DNA of 64,000 nucleotides. Origin: an uncultured delta proteobacterium. Its GTDB lineage: Bacteria > Desulfobacterota > Binatia > HRBIN30 > BPIQ01. This document shows, one piece after another, positions 20,567 through 30,679 of this stretch. Positions within the stretch are counted from its first letter, which is position 1; each line of letters begins with the position of its first letter. Made by a program: the position numbers and the translations under genes. Under the pieces are notes generated by a model, which was not told the DNA's origin, searched no databases, and saw only the letters and a list, made by a program, of their open reading frames with translations. The stretch is from positions 544,001 through 608,000 of the forward strand of contig CAVXGR010000018.1 of assembly GCA_963761335.1 (NCBI GenBank), written 5' to 3'.

Positions 20567-22404
20567 GACGCTGCTTCCGCCGCCGACACCAGGCCCAGCG
20601 CCTCCTCCGTGCGCGCACACAGGTCGCGCATGAACTGCTCCTCGTTCGGCGCCAGGGGCTGGTTCTCGCGCCGCGCGTAGGAGATCGCGTAGGGGCCGGC
20701 GCGAAAGAAGCTGCGCTGTCCGCTCTCGCGCTCGACGATCACGCGCAGGACCGGAGCGGGGGCGGGCAACACGCGAAAATGCGCCTCGCCGCCACCGCCG
20801 ACGCGGGCGATGGTCGCCTCGGCAAACGTCTGTCCGGGAGAGCCGAGGCCGATCAGGGCGGCCCAGGCGAGCAGCACCTCGTCCGAGGCGGCGCTGCCTG
20901 GCGGCTGTGCCGCGCTCTCCGCCTCGGAGTCGCGCAGGTGGTCGCCATCGATGGCCACGAGCTCCTTCTGGACGTCCTCGCGAGCCCGCAGCTCGTAGAT
21001 TTCCGCAGCGCGCTTCCGGCGCGCTTTCGCGTCCGGCGCGCTCGGCGGCAGCAGCGCCTCGAACACCTGCGGATGACTTGCCGGCGAAGCGCCGGTGGCG
21101 CGGCGGGCCCAGCGCCCGCGGCATCGCAGCGCCCCCGAGCGAACGCCCTCGTCGAAGAAGCGAGCGAAGGTCGCCTGCACGTCGACGCCGCTGCGGCGTT
21201 GCAGGGCACGCGTGTCGATCCGGCGCGACTCCGCCAGGCCCTGGAGCAGGGCACTGCGACACTCGTCTTCGGGTGTCAGTCGCGTGCCCAGGTACACGGG
21301 CTCCATGGGCGCGGAGAGCGTCGTGACTGCGGTGGCCTCGCGGAACCAGCTATGGCCGTAGATGTGCGACAGGGCCCCGGGGCCGATGCCGAGGATGTGC
21401 GAGTCCCCGTTCTCGTACAGCGCGTAGACCGGCAGCTCGGCTTCCGCCCGCAGCAGGCGCACCGCCTCGTAGCGAAGGCGATCGCCCCATTGCTGCCAGG
21501 TGCGCCGGCTGTTGCGCAGAAAGCTCTTGCTCGGCCGATCGTCGCCGCCGCTGGCGGCGGGCAGGTAGCCCATGCGCAGGGCGCCCCCGATGAGCGCCGG
21601 CGTGAGCACGTGGCTGTAGCGCATCTCTTCCTGCGGGCCGGCGGGGAGGCGTTCGACCGGCTGGTAGCGGTACACGGTGACGCAGTCGGGACGAACCCCG
21701 GAGAGCAGTCGCTGCAGATCGCTGCGGAAGGACGCCGGCGTCTGTGCCGGCAAGCCGAGGACCAGGTCCGTGTTGGTCCACATGCCGAGATCGCGGGCGC
21801 GGCGCACCAGCTCCTGCACCCGTTCGAAAATCGGGTTGGTCCGTCCGATCCCCTTGAGCACCGCCGGGTCGAACGACTGCAGCCCCATGCTGAGCCGGTT
21901 GACGCCGGCGCCGTGCAGGATCTCGAGCTTCTCCTCGTCGAGGGTCCCGGGATGGGCCTCGCAGGTGAACTCGCTGGCGACGCGAAAGGATTGCCGGAAG
22001 GCTTCGGCGACCCGCCGCAGCTCCGCGGCCGGGAGGGCGCTCGGAGTGCCGCCGCCGAAGTAGGCATTGGAGACGTCGACGCGCCCGAGGGCGCTGCCAT
22101 ACCGTTGGAGAAGAGCCACCAGATAGTCGGCGTAGCGCCTGACGTGATCTCCGTCGCGGGGGACGACGTGAAAGTACTGGCAGAAGCGACAGCTCGACTG
22201 GCAGAGGGCGAAGTGCATGTAGAGCTGCACCGTCGACGGCGAGCCCGGCCGGCCGCGTTGCGCCAGCGCGCTTCTCCATGCGTCGAGGACGTCGGTGGCG
22301 GGCAGGCGCTCGGGCCACCACCCGATCCAGGCCGACAGGTCGCCGCGCAGCATCTGCTCGCGCAGTGAGCGGCCGAACCCGTACTCTCGCGGGGGTTTCG
22401 CCAT
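20563..22404 (-). CDS. HemN-like (class C-like) radical SAM protein with C-terminal extension; start uncertain
   Basis: LYMHFALCQSSCRFC, YFGGGTPS, NRLSMGLQSF, DLVLGLP.QT, LGIGPGALS. Confidence 0.85.
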   Translation of the reverse strand: MAKPPREYGFGRSLREQMLRGDLSAWIGWWPERLPATDVLDAWRSALAQRGRPGSPSTVQLYMHFALCQSSCRFCQYFHVVPRDGDHVRRYADYLVALLQRYGSALGRVDVSNAYFGGGTPSALPAAELRRVAEAFRQSFRVASEFTCEAHPGTLDEEKLEILHGAGVNRLSMGLQSFDPAVLKGIGRTNPIFERVQELVRRARDLGMWTNTDLVLGLPAQTPASFRSDLQRLLSGVRPDCVTVYRYQPVERLPAGPQEEMRYSHVLTPALIGGALRMGYLPAASGGDDRPSKSFLRNSRRTWQQWGDRLRYEAVRLLRAEAELPVYALYENGDSHILGIGPGALSHIYGHSWFREATAVTTLSAPMEPVYLGTRLTPEDECRSALLQGLAESRRIDTRALQRRSGVDVQATFARFFDEGVRSGALRCRGRWARRATGASPASHPQVFEALLPPSAPDAKARRKRAAEIYELRAREDVQKELVAIDGDHLRDSEAESAAQPPGSAASDEVLLAWAALIGLGSPGQTFAEATIARVGGGGEAHFRVLPAPAPVLRVIVERESGQRSFFRAGPYAISYARRENQPLAPNEEQFMRDLCARTEEALGLVSAAEAAS

Positions 22405-22424
22405 CGAAGACGGGAGCGGGGGGC

Positions 22425-23291
22425 TCAGCGCTCCCAGCGAGGAGACATATGCAGCAGGGCGCCGCCGTCCTGCGGTTCTTCCGGGACGGCGCACCGCTCT
22501 TCGGGCGTCCTTGCGGCTCGATCATCCGCCGCTTCCGGCCGGGGTGGCGATTCGGAAGGAATATCGAGTTGTCGCCAGGGCAATGCGGCGATCTCGCGGA
22601 TGGTGCGCAGCTGCACGCGCAGGGTCATCTTCGATCGTCCCGCTCGGCGCTCGCGGAAGTCGATCGGGATCTCCGCAATCCGGCAGCCGCAGGTGGAGGC
22701 CAGGAAGGCCATTTCGACCTGAAAGCCGTAGGCCCGCGAGCGCACCCGCCGCGCCGGATCGATACGCAGCAGGGCCGCGCGCCGCCACATGCGGAAGCCG
22801 CTGGTCGGATCGGTGATCGGCAGCCTCGGGAGCAGCCGCACGACCGCGGCGTTGCCGAGACGGCTGATTGCTCTCCGATACCGGCCGCTGCGAGAGTCGC
22901 GGCTGTCGCCGGGGGTGTATCGAGAACCCACCACGACGTCGGCTTGCGAGACCGCGGCCAGCATGCGCGGCAGGACGCCGGGCTCGTGGGAGCCGTCGGC
23001 GTCCATCTGGACGATCAGATCGGCCCGGCCGTGCAGGACGTGAGAGAAGCCGGCCACGTATGCCGATCCCAGACCCTGCTTCGCGGTTCGCCGCATGACC
23101 TCGACCCGTCCCGGCCAGCGCCGCCCGGCGGCGATGGCGACGTCGGCGGTGCGGTCGGGGGAGGCGTCGTCGACCACCAGAACGTGCAGATCGCAGGTGC
23201 CGAGGGGCTGCGCAAAGAGGGCGTCGAGCAGCGCCCCGAGATGACCCGCCTCATTGTACGTCGGGATGACGGCGACCAGCTTCACGCGCAC
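22425..23291 (-). CDS. Polyprenol-phosphate mannose synthase-like GT2
   Basis: IPTYNE, VVDDASPDRT, GLGSAY, QMDADGSH, DPTSGFR, GFQVEM, GRSKM. Confidence 0.9.
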   Translation of the reverse strand: MRVKLVAVIPTYNEAGHLGALLDALFAQPLGTCDLHVLVVDDASPDRTADVAIAAGRRWPGRVEVMRRTAKQGLGSAYVAGFSHVLHGRADLIVQMDADGSHEPGVLPRMLAAVSQADVVVGSRYTPGDSRDSRSGRYRRAISRLGNAAVVRLLPRLPITDPTSGFRMWRRAALLRIDPARRVRSRAYGFQVEMAFLASTCGCRIAEIPIDFRERRAGRSKMTLRVQLRTIREIAALPWRQLDIPSESPPRPEAADDRAARTPEERCAVPEEPQDGGALLHMSPRWER

Positions 23292-23494
23292 ACCTCGGCA
23301 CTTCGATGGCCGGTTTCTGCCACAAAATCACGAGATTCAGAAGCACGGTACCAATGGCGGGAGGTTTGCGTCAAGGCAATTGTGCTATTTCTTCCTAATC
23401 GCTCTAGGCCATCGTCATTGCGCCTCAGTGACCGCTCCGCTTGGAGCGGTTCTGAGGACATCGACCATCCGTCGCTGGTCCATGTGCGTTTCCA

Positions 23495-24616
23495 TCAGAG
23501 CGTATTTAGAAAGCGCAGTAGGGCCTCGCGTTCCTGGTTGGTGGCGTTCTCGTATCGCTGGACTGAGGCCGTGGCCTCGCCGCCGTGTGCGGTGATGGCG
23601 CCATCCAGCGTCGAGGCACGACCGTCGTGCAGGTAGATTCTCCGGAAGCGAAGGCCTTGGAGCGGGGCGGTGCGGAACTCGTCTCCTTTCGCCTCATGAT
23701 CGATGATTCCATCGGCGAGCCCGTCGCCCATGCGGTGCAGACAGAAGTCGCTGAAGATATTCATGGCCGGCGGCATGTCGGGCACGTGGCAGCCGGCGCA
23801 GCCGAAGGAACGAAAAGCCGCCTCGCCGGCGGCATCTGTACCGTTTCGCCCCGGAGGCCGCAGCCCGCGCACGAAGGCCGCGAGCTTGGCGACGAACTCC
23901 GCGTCGACCTCGGGGTCGGGGAAAGCGTCATCGTCGGTCGCGCCACCGATGGGGCTGGTGACGCTGCTCTCGGAGAACAGTGCCGAGTCGACGAAGTCGG
24001 CTATGGTGCCGACGAAGGGCTTGGCCCCGAAACGCGCCACCTGGTTGTGCGGCAGCTCTCCCTGCTGCTTCGCGGAATCGACGTGTCCCTGGCCGCAGGC
24101 GGCGCGGATGGTCTGGTCGGGAATCTGCTCGATCAAGCCGAGCCCGTAGAGCGGCGGCGCAATGCGGCGGCTGACGCCGTCGGGAAGGCTGGGGACCTCC
24201 CACCCCGGTAGGGCATGGCGGCGATACGGCTCGACATCTCTCCCGCCTGGGCCCGGACCCATCTGCGCAACGTGGACGCGATCGCCGCTGCCGCCCACGG
24301 TGGGAGCCGAGTGGCAGTCGGCGCACGCCTGGTCGTTGTAGAGAGGCCCCAGCTTCGGCAACTTCGCAGTGAAGAGCTTCTTGCCCTCCTGGAACGCCGC
24401 CAGCTCCGCGGGGCTCAGGTCGTCGCGCGGCTGACCAAGCTGAGCAATGTCCTCGGGGGAAACCGTCGGCGGCGAGGGCTCCGCTTCGGCGTCGGCGGGC
24501 TCGGGATACCCGGGGAAGACCCAGTGCTCATACCCCATCGACAGGAGGCATATCACCGCGACCACCGCGAAACCGCGCCAAGCCCTGGCGATTTCCCAAA
24601 ACGTCCCGCTGGTCAT
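23495..24616 (-). CDS. Di-heme oxidoreductase family protein
   Basis: GPLYNDQACADCH and GCAGCH heme motifs; PPLYGLGL; FRTAPL; YLHDGRA; HGGEA. Confidence 0.85.
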   Translation of the reverse strand: MTSGTFWEIARAWRGFAVVAVICLLSMGYEHWVFPGYPEPADAEAEPSPPTVSPEDIAQLGQPRDDLSPAELAAFQEGKKLFTAKLPKLGPLYNDQACADCHSAPTVGGSGDRVHVAQMGPGPGGRDVEPYRRHALPGWEVPSLPDGVSRRIAPPLYGLGLIEQIPDQTIRAACGQGHVDSAKQQGELPHNQVARFGAKPFVGTIADFVDSALFSESSVTSPIGGATDDDAFPDPEVDAEFVAKLAAFVRGLRPPGRNGTDAAGEAAFRSFGCAGCHVPDMPPAMNIFSDFCLHRMGDGLADGIIDHEAKGDEFRTAPLQGLRFRRIYLHDGRASTLDGAITAHGGEATASVQRYENATNQEREALLRFLNTL

Positions 24617-24776
24617 CCCCAGCGGTCGGATTTAGCGCGATTGTCCGATGACTGTCCAGGACATAAGTCGACCGCCTGCCCGCCGTCCGGGGGAGAATTT
24701 GCCGCGGAATGCTCTTCACCCTGGCGGGGTGGTGGTGATCTCTGGTATTCCGAAGTCTCTCCCAGGAGGCGGGTCT

Positions 24777-25256
24777 ATGCACGAGCGCAGATACGGGCGG
24801 CGGCGCCGGAGATCCCGGCGCGACGAGGGTTGTGAGCAGCGGGATTGCCGAGATCACGGCGATCATCAGCACCATCACCTGCACGGCGAGCGGTCCGAGG
24901 GAGGCGGTCCCGACACCCGCTTCCTGCAGCTGGAGATGTCGCAAGTCCTCTACGGAGAGGCCGAGGCGGTCACCAAACGGGCCTTTCGCGAGCTGCTCCT
25001 CGAGTCGGCGAAGGAGCGCTTCCGCGAGCGTTTCGGCGACGAGATCGCCGGGCTGGCGGAGCTGGCGGTGGACGAGTTCATGGAGGACGTCCTCTACAGC
25101 CTCGACATCGAGTCGCAAATCGAGCAGCGCAACCGGGAGCGCAGCGACGCCAGGCAGCGCCTGCGCGACATATTCGGCTACGGCGCCGAGCCCCCCGCGG
25201 AGGAAGAAGGCGGCGGCGCAGGCGAGCCGGGTTCCGGCGAGGACGAAGAGCCGTAG
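24777..25256 (+). CDS. Hypothetical helical protein with His-rich N-terminus
   Basis: GGAGG RBS before ATG 24777; DHGDHQHHHLHG; acidic tail. Confidence 0.65.
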   Translation: MHERRYGRRRRRSRRDEGCEQRDCRDHGDHQHHHLHGERSEGGGPDTRFLQLEMSQVLYGEAEAVTKRAFRELLLESAKERFRERFGDEIAGLAELAVDEFMEDVLYSLDIESQIEQRNRERSDARQRLRDIFGYGAEPPAEEEGGGAGEPGSGEDEEP

Positions 25257-25320
25257 CGGGCGATTTTCTTGGATGTGCTCCGGCGAATCTGGTAGACCTG
25301 GGCCATTCGTCGAGTATCCC

Positions 25321-26469
25321 TTGAGCCAGACCGTGTCGCACCTCAGCCAGCTGCGTCGACGCGCCGGTATGATCGCCGGCCTGGCGCAGACGTGGCTGCG
25401 CCGTCCGAAGGCGCCGACGCGTCTGGTCATGGATATCACCAGGCGCTGCAATCTCCGCTGCAAGATGTGTAGCACCTGGACGAGACATCCCGGGCATGAG
25501 CTGACCCCGGAAGAGGTGCGGCATGTCCTGGCCCAGATGCCCGGCCTGCTGTGGCTCGACCTGACCGGTGGCGAGCCGTTCCTGCGCCGCGACGTCCGGA
25601 CGCTCTTCGAAGCGGTTCTCGAGGCGACGCCGGCGCTCCGCGTCCTGCACTTCCAGACGAATGGCTGGTTTCAGGAGCGGACGCTCGAGGTGGTGGATGT
25701 CATCCATGCCCGGCGCCCCGAGCTGGATCTCATCGTCACCGTCAGCATCGACGGCCCCCCGGAAACGCACGACGCCGTGCGCGGCCGCGAGGGCTCTTTC
25801 GATCGCGCTCTGGCGACCTTCAAGGCGTTGCGTGCCCGCAAGGACTGCGCGACCTACGTCGGCACCACGGTCACCCCGTTCAACGCCGATCAGGTGGAGG
25901 CGCTGGGCCGGCGGCTGCGCCAGGAGATTCGCGGGTTCCGCGGCGCCGAGTGGCACTGGAACTGGCTGCAGGTGTCGGAGCACTTCTTCGCCAACGCCGA
26001 CCTCGCGGCGCTGCCCGCGGTCGAGTCGCGCAACCTGGTGCGACATCACCTGCGCCGGCGTGGCCTGCCGCGAAATCTGGTGGAGCTGATGGAGCTGGTG
26101 TTTCTCATCAACCTCGAGTTCTACCGGCGCGGCGAGCCGTCGGGGGTGGTCTGCCAGGCGCTGCGCAGCGCCGCCTTCATCTCGCCGGAAGGCGATCTGT
26201 ACCCGTGCCACGTCTACGACCGGCCGCTCGGAAACCTGCGCGAGCAGTCGGTCGAGGACCTGTGGGGCTCCGCCGCCGTCCTGCAGGCCCGCCGAGAGAT
26301 CAAGGCGCTCTCCTGCGGCGGTTGCTTCACCCCGTGCGAGGCGTACCCGGCGCTCGCCGGAGCGCCGCTGCAGACACTGCGCATGACGGCGGCGCGTACC
26401 CTGCGGCTGATGGGCGAGGGGCGCGGTGCCCCGCCGCCGGTCACCGGCGGCGAGCAGGCGAGGGTCTGA
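25321..26469 (+). CDS. Radical SAM/SPASM protein; start uncertain
   Basis: RCNLRCKMC, TGGEPF, QTNG, SIDG; CQA...GDLYPC...LGNL...CGGCFTPC. Confidence 0.9.
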   Translation: MSQTVSHLSQLRRRAGMIAGLAQTWLRRPKAPTRLVMDITRRCNLRCKMCSTWTRHPGHELTPEEVRHVLAQMPGLLWLDLTGGEPFLRRDVRTLFEAVLEATPALRVLHFQTNGWFQERTLEVVDVIHARRPELDLIVTVSIDGPPETHDAVRGREGSFDRALATFKALRARKDCATYVGTTVTPFNADQVEALGRRLRQEIRGFRGAEWHWNWLQVSEHFFANADLAALPAVESRNLVRHHLRRRGLPRNLVELMELVFLINLEFYRRGEPSGVVCQALRSAAFISPEGDLYPCHVYDRPLGNLREQSVEDLWGSAAVLQARREIKALSCGGCFTPCEAYPALAGAPLQTLRMTAARTLRLMGEGRGAPPPVTGGEQARV

Positions 26470-26472
26470 CCG

Positions 26473-27960
26473 ATGCAGAAGAAGCTGCGCGTCGCTTTCA
26501 TTCAGGCGCTGACCACCGAGATGATGGGCACCATGCAGGTCTCCGCGGTGCTCAAGGAAGCGGGGCACACCACGCAGCTGTTCCTGGAATCGCAGGAGGG
26601 CGACCTGGTCGCCGCGGTGCTCGCCTGGGAGCCGGACATCGTCGGAGTGACGGTGCTGACCGGCATGCACGTCTGGGCGCTGCACGTCTGCCAACAGATC
26701 AAGAGCGCTGCGCCGCAGGTTCGCATCGTCTTCGGCGGGCCGCACGCTACCTTCGTGCCGGAGGTCGTCGAGCGCTCCGCCGTGGACGTGGTCGTGCGCG
26801 GCGAAGGCGATTACGTGATGCGCGATCTGTGCGAGGCGATCGCGGCCAGAGACGACTATACCGGGATTCCCGGAACCTGGGTGAAGGACGATCGCGGCGT
26901 CATCCACGAGAACCCGATGGGGGCTCTGGTCAACGATCTGGACGCCCTGCCGTTCGCGGATCGCGCTCTTCCGTATCGCTATCCGATCCTCCGCAAACGG
27001 GGCAACAAGTCGTTCATCCCGGGGCGGGGATGCCAGTACCCGTGCACCTTCTGCCACAACCATCTGAGCATGCGGCTGTACCGCGGGCAGGGGAAGTGGG
27101 GGAGGAAGATGTCCCCCGAGCGCTTCGTGGCGGAGATCGCCGAGGTGCGTGACCACTGGGGGCCGCTGCGCATCGTCAGCCTGGAGAACGACGACGAGAT
27201 CCTCCACCTGAAGGGCTGGGCCGAAAAGGCCTTTCCCCTCTACGCCGAGCGCGTCGCCGTGCCCTACTACGTGATGACGCGCCCGGACAGCGTCACCGAC
27301 GACATCGCGCGGCTGCTCCGCGACACCGGCTGCGTCGGCGTGTCGATGTCGCTGGAGACCGCCAACGACAAGCTGCGCAACGAGGTGCTCAAGAAGCACT
27401 TCGACCGCGAGCACGTCGAGGATGCCATGGCGTGCCTGAAGCGCCACGACATCCCCGTCAAGCTGTTCAACATGGTGGGCATTCCGGGAGAGACGCTGGA
27501 AGATGCCCTCGACACTCTGGAGATGAACATCCGCCTCAAGCCGATGTGGGCGCGCTGCAGCATCCTGCAGCCGTATCCGCCGATGGACCTCTTCCAGATG
27601 TGCAAGCGCCAAGGCCTCTTCAAGGAAGACTTCGGCACCGATGATTTCGAGTACTTCTACCTGAAGGGGAGCCCCCTGAATTTTCCCGGAATCGACCGGC
27701 TGGTGAACCTGCAGAAGTTCTTCTCCGTCGTCGCCCGATATCCCTTCCTGCTGCCGCTCGTGCGCCAGCTGATCAAAGTCAGGCCCAACCGCCTCTACGA
27801 GCTCCTGGGCATGGTGTTCTACGGCTACTTCGGCGCTCGCTTCGACCGGCTGACGGTGAAGGAGCTGGCCGAGTTTGCCATCGCCAGCTCTTCCTTTCTG
27901 ACGCGCCGCGGCAGCAGGGAAGGGGTTCCGCAGGCCGTGGACATAGCCCGGGCCGTCTGA
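26473..27960 (+). CDS. B12-binding domain radical SAM protein
   Basis: PDIVG, FGGPHAT, VRGEGD; RGCQYPCTFC; NMVGIPGET. Confidence 0.9.
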   Translation: MQKKLRVAFIQALTTEMMGTMQVSAVLKEAGHTTQLFLESQEGDLVAAVLAWEPDIVGVTVLTGMHVWALHVCQQIKSAAPQVRIVFGGPHATFVPEVVERSAVDVVVRGEGDYVMRDLCEAIAARDDYTGIPGTWVKDDRGVIHENPMGALVNDLDALPFADRALPYRYPILRKRGNKSFIPGRGCQYPCTFCHNHLSMRLYRGQGKWGRKMSPERFVAEIAEVRDHWGPLRIVSLENDDEILHLKGWAEKAFPLYAERVAVPYYVMTRPDSVTDDIARLLRDTGCVGVSMSLETANDKLRNEVLKKHFDREHVEDAMACLKRHDIPVKLFNMVGIPGETLEDALDTLEMNIRLKPMWARCSILQPYPPMDLFQMCKRQGLFKEDFGTDDFEYFYLKGSPLNFPGIDRLVNLQKFFSVVARYPFLLPLVRQLIKVRPNRLYELLGMVFYGYFGARFDRLTVKELAEFAIASSSFLTRRGSREGVPQAVDIARAV

Positions 27961-28968
27961 GTGGTGGAAGCCAGGACTGCGAACGGCCGCCCGATCGATC
28001 TGGGCGACGCCTACGCAGGTCGCCGCGTGCTGGTCACCGGCGCCGCCGGGTTCATCGGCGCTCACCTGGTGGAGCGACTGCTGTCGCTCGGCGCCGAGGT
28101 CACGGCCTTCGTTCGCTACACCTCGCGCGCCTCGCTCGGCGTCGCCGCCGCGGGCCTGGAGCCGCTGGTGCCCAGGCTGCGGGCCGTGATCAGTGGCGAT
28201 CTGTCTGCCCCCGGCACGGTCGAGCAGATCGCCGATCTCGACGTCGAGCTGGTGTTGCACCTGGCCGCCGACGCCTGGGTGACGCGGTCATTGAGCGCCC
28301 CGCTCGACGTCTTCACCAACAACGTTCAGAGCACCGTCCACGTCCTCGAATCCGTGCGCCGCTCGCGGCGTATCGCGCGCGCCGTGGTCACCTCGTCGAG
28401 CGAGATCTACGGCACGGCGGCCACCGAGCGCATCGCCGAAAGCCATCCGCTCGAGCCGACGACGCCGTATGCGGCCTCGAAGGTGGCTTGCGACCGGCTG
28501 GCCATCGCCTGGCAGCGCACCTTCGACTTGTCGGTCGCCATCATCCGCCCGTTCAACACCTATGGCCCGCGACACATCTACGATGTCATTCCGAAGTTCA
28601 TCCGCGCCGCCCTGCGCGGCGAGCCGCTCACCATCCACGGCTCGGGCGCACAATCCCGCGACTTCACCTACGTCACCGACATGGTCGACGCCTTCTTGCT
28701 CATGGGTGCCCACCCGGACGCCGTCGGGCGTGCCGTGAACTTCGGCACCGGCGTCGACGTGACGGTTCTCGACGTCGCGCAGCAGATCCGGGAGATCGCC
28801 GGCAGCGCTTCGAAGATCGTGCATGTGGAGGACCGCCCCGGCCAGGTGCACCGCCTCTGCTGCGATAGCGGCCTCGCGGAGCAGCTCTTCGGATGGAGGC
28901 CGGCGGTGAGCCTGCGCGAGGGAATCGCGCGCAACGTCGAATGGGCGCGAGAGCACGAGCGCGCCTGA
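27961..28968 (+). CDS. NDP-sugar epimerase/dehydratase (extended SDR)
   Basis: VTGAAGFIG, SSSEIYG, YAASK, RPFNTYGP, RDFTYV. Confidence 0.92.
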   Translation: MVEARTANGRPIDLGDAYAGRRVLVTGAAGFIGAHLVERLLSLGAEVTAFVRYTSRASLGVAAAGLEPLVPRLRAVISGDLSAPGTVEQIADLDVELVLHLAADAWVTRSLSAPLDVFTNNVQSTVHVLESVRRSRRIARAVVTSSSEIYGTAATERIAESHPLEPTTPYAASKVACDRLAIAWQRTFDLSVAIIRPFNTYGPRHIYDVIPKFIRAALRGEPLTIHGSGAQSRDFTYVTDMVDAFLLMGAHPDAVGRAVNFGTGVDVTVLDVAQQIREIAGSASKIVHVEDRPGQVHRLCCDSGLAEQLFGWRPAVSLREGIARNVEWAREHERA

Positions 28969-28969
28969 G

Positions 28970-30679
28970 ATGATCACGCCCCGGAGCGATGCCGCGGCTG
29001 CAGCTGAGCGCGCGCGGCGCCGCGAGATCGCTTCGAGCGCACCGGTGGCGGTGCATCCCGCCGTCGTCTGGGTGATTGCCGCCGCTTTCGTCGCCGCCGG
29101 GCTCGCGGTCATTCAGGCGAATACCTTTCTGAACGACGAAGGGGTGCTCACCTGGATCTTCGCCGGCCTTACCAGTGAGGCGCCGCTCGACATGCTCTTC
29201 TTCCTCAAGGCGCGCCCGGCGATCTCCCTTCTGTACGCGCCGGTTGCGGCTCTGGGGCTGAGCCCCTTCCTGTGGGTGCATCTGCTCGTCGCGGCGGTCG
29301 CCGTGCCGCTCACCGCGAGCCTGGCCCGACGCTTCGAGCACCGCAGGCCGTTGCTGCCGGCGGCTCTGCTGGCCCTTTCCCCTCTCTACTTTGCGGCGGC
29401 GGCTGCCGGCGTGCAGAACACCGACGGCACCGTGGGTCTGCTTTTGGTCGCCTGGCTGATGTCCCGCAACTTCCTCCTGACGGCGGGGCTGCTTCTGGGG
29501 GCGGTGGTTCTCGGGCGGATCGAGATCGCCTTCTTCGCGGTGGTGTTGGCGGCATATGCCGCTCTCACTCCGGGCCGCCGCCGCCTTCTCCTCGGCGTCC
29601 TCACGATTCTGGGGCTTTATTTCCTCGCCGGGACCGTCTACCACGGCGATCTTCTCTGGCCCCTGCACTATCCGTCGTCGGTGTTCTCCAACCCCGCGAT
29701 CGGTGTTGCGGAACGCGCCGGCTACGGCGGTAGCCTCAGGGACCTGGTGACCACGGTCCTGGGGCTGACGCCGGTCGTCGGCGCGCTCGCCTGGATATCG
29801 CTGCGGGGCCGGGCGGCTCTGGAGAACGTTCTCATCCTGGCGGCGATCGCCTTTGTCCTGGTGATCCGGGTTCTTCCATTCACGCAGCTGATCTACGTCG
29901 ACGCCTCGCCGCGATATGTGCTGCCGGCCCTGCCGTTTCTCTGTCTCGGCGTGGGAGGTGTTCTGGAGAGCTGGGGCGCGAAGGACCGACGTGCCTGGGC
30001 GGCGCCGGCGATGCTGCTCGCCGTCGTCGCACTCGTCTCCTTGGGGCTGGATGCCCGGACGATCGTGCTGCTGTTTGCAACCGCCGGCATCTGCGTGCTT
30101 GCCGCTGCGGCCGCCTCCCGCTCGCGGTTGCGGGCGGCGATGATCGTGCTCGCCGGCGCTGTCGCCGGCTTCCTGCCGCTGTTGCCGGGCACGCGTCTAC
30201 TTCTTGGCGAGCGCGCGCCGCAGCTGGAGCAGATTCGCCAGTGGGTTGCCGCGGCGCACGTCCCGCGCCACACCGTGGTGGTTACTGATCGTCACCTGCT
30301 GGGGATCTGGCTGGCCGACTATGCTCCCGAGCTCGGTGTCGAGGTGCGGCACCTGGTAACCGCGGACATGCTGTACGAGCTGAAGGCGCTGACGAACCCG
30401 GCGACCCATCAGCTCGACGCGGTGTTCGCCACCTCGAGGTTCTTCTATGCGCCGTGGATCTTTCCCGAGCAGGTCGCTTCGCTGTCCGGCGACACCCTCT
30501 TCGTGATGAGGAATGACGGCTCCGGTCACAACCCCGTTCTCTCGGAGCCGCCCTTCGACCGGGTGCGATGGCGCGATCAGGGCGCCTGGATCGCCGGACG
30601 GCTCGGGCGCAGCCCGGCCGCTACAGGAGATCATCCAGCCGGGGTTCATCCAGGAACCACTCGGCCGCCTGCAAGGTGA
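28970..30679 (+). CDS. Polytopic membrane protein, GT-C-like
   Basis: NDEG after the first TM helix; about 12 TM helices; PRYVLPALP. Confidence 0.6.
   Translation: MITPRSDAAAAAERARRREIASSAPVAVHPAVVWVIAAAFVAAGLAVIQANTFLNDEGVLTWIFAGLTSEAPLDMLFFLKARPAISLLYAPVAALGLSPFLWVHLLVAAVAVPLTASLARRFEHRRPLLPAALLALSPLYFAAAAAGVQNTDGTVGLLLVAWLMSRNFLLTAGLLLGAVVLGRIEIAFFAVVLAAYAALTPGRRRLLLGVLTILGLYFLAGTVYHGDLLWPLHYPSSVFSNPAIGVAERAGYGGSLRDLVTTVLGLTPVVGALAWISLRGRAALENVLILAAIAFVLVIRVLPFTQLIYVDASPRYVLPALPFLCLGVGGVLESWGAKDRRAWAAPAMLLAVVALVSLGLDARTIVLLFATAGICVLAAAAASRSRLRAAMIVLAGAVAGFLPLLPGTRLLLGERAPQLEQIRQWVAAAHVPRHTVVVTDRHLLGIWLADYAPELGVEVRHLVTADMLYELKALTNPATHQLDAVFATSRFFYAPWIFPEQVASLSGDTLFVMRNDGSGHNPVLSEPPFDRVRWRDQGAWIAGRLGRSPAATGDHPAGVHPGTTRPPAR

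Noticed and set aside
20563..22404. Calling this gene hemN/hemW
   Set aside because: Divergent, has an extra C-terminal domain and no heme-pathway context; only the fold family is supported
25078..28260. 1060-aa minus-strand ORF (and similar ones such as 50354..53737 and 48628..50607)
   Set aside because: Antisense to clear rSAM genes; a typical high-GC stop-poor artefact with no motifs
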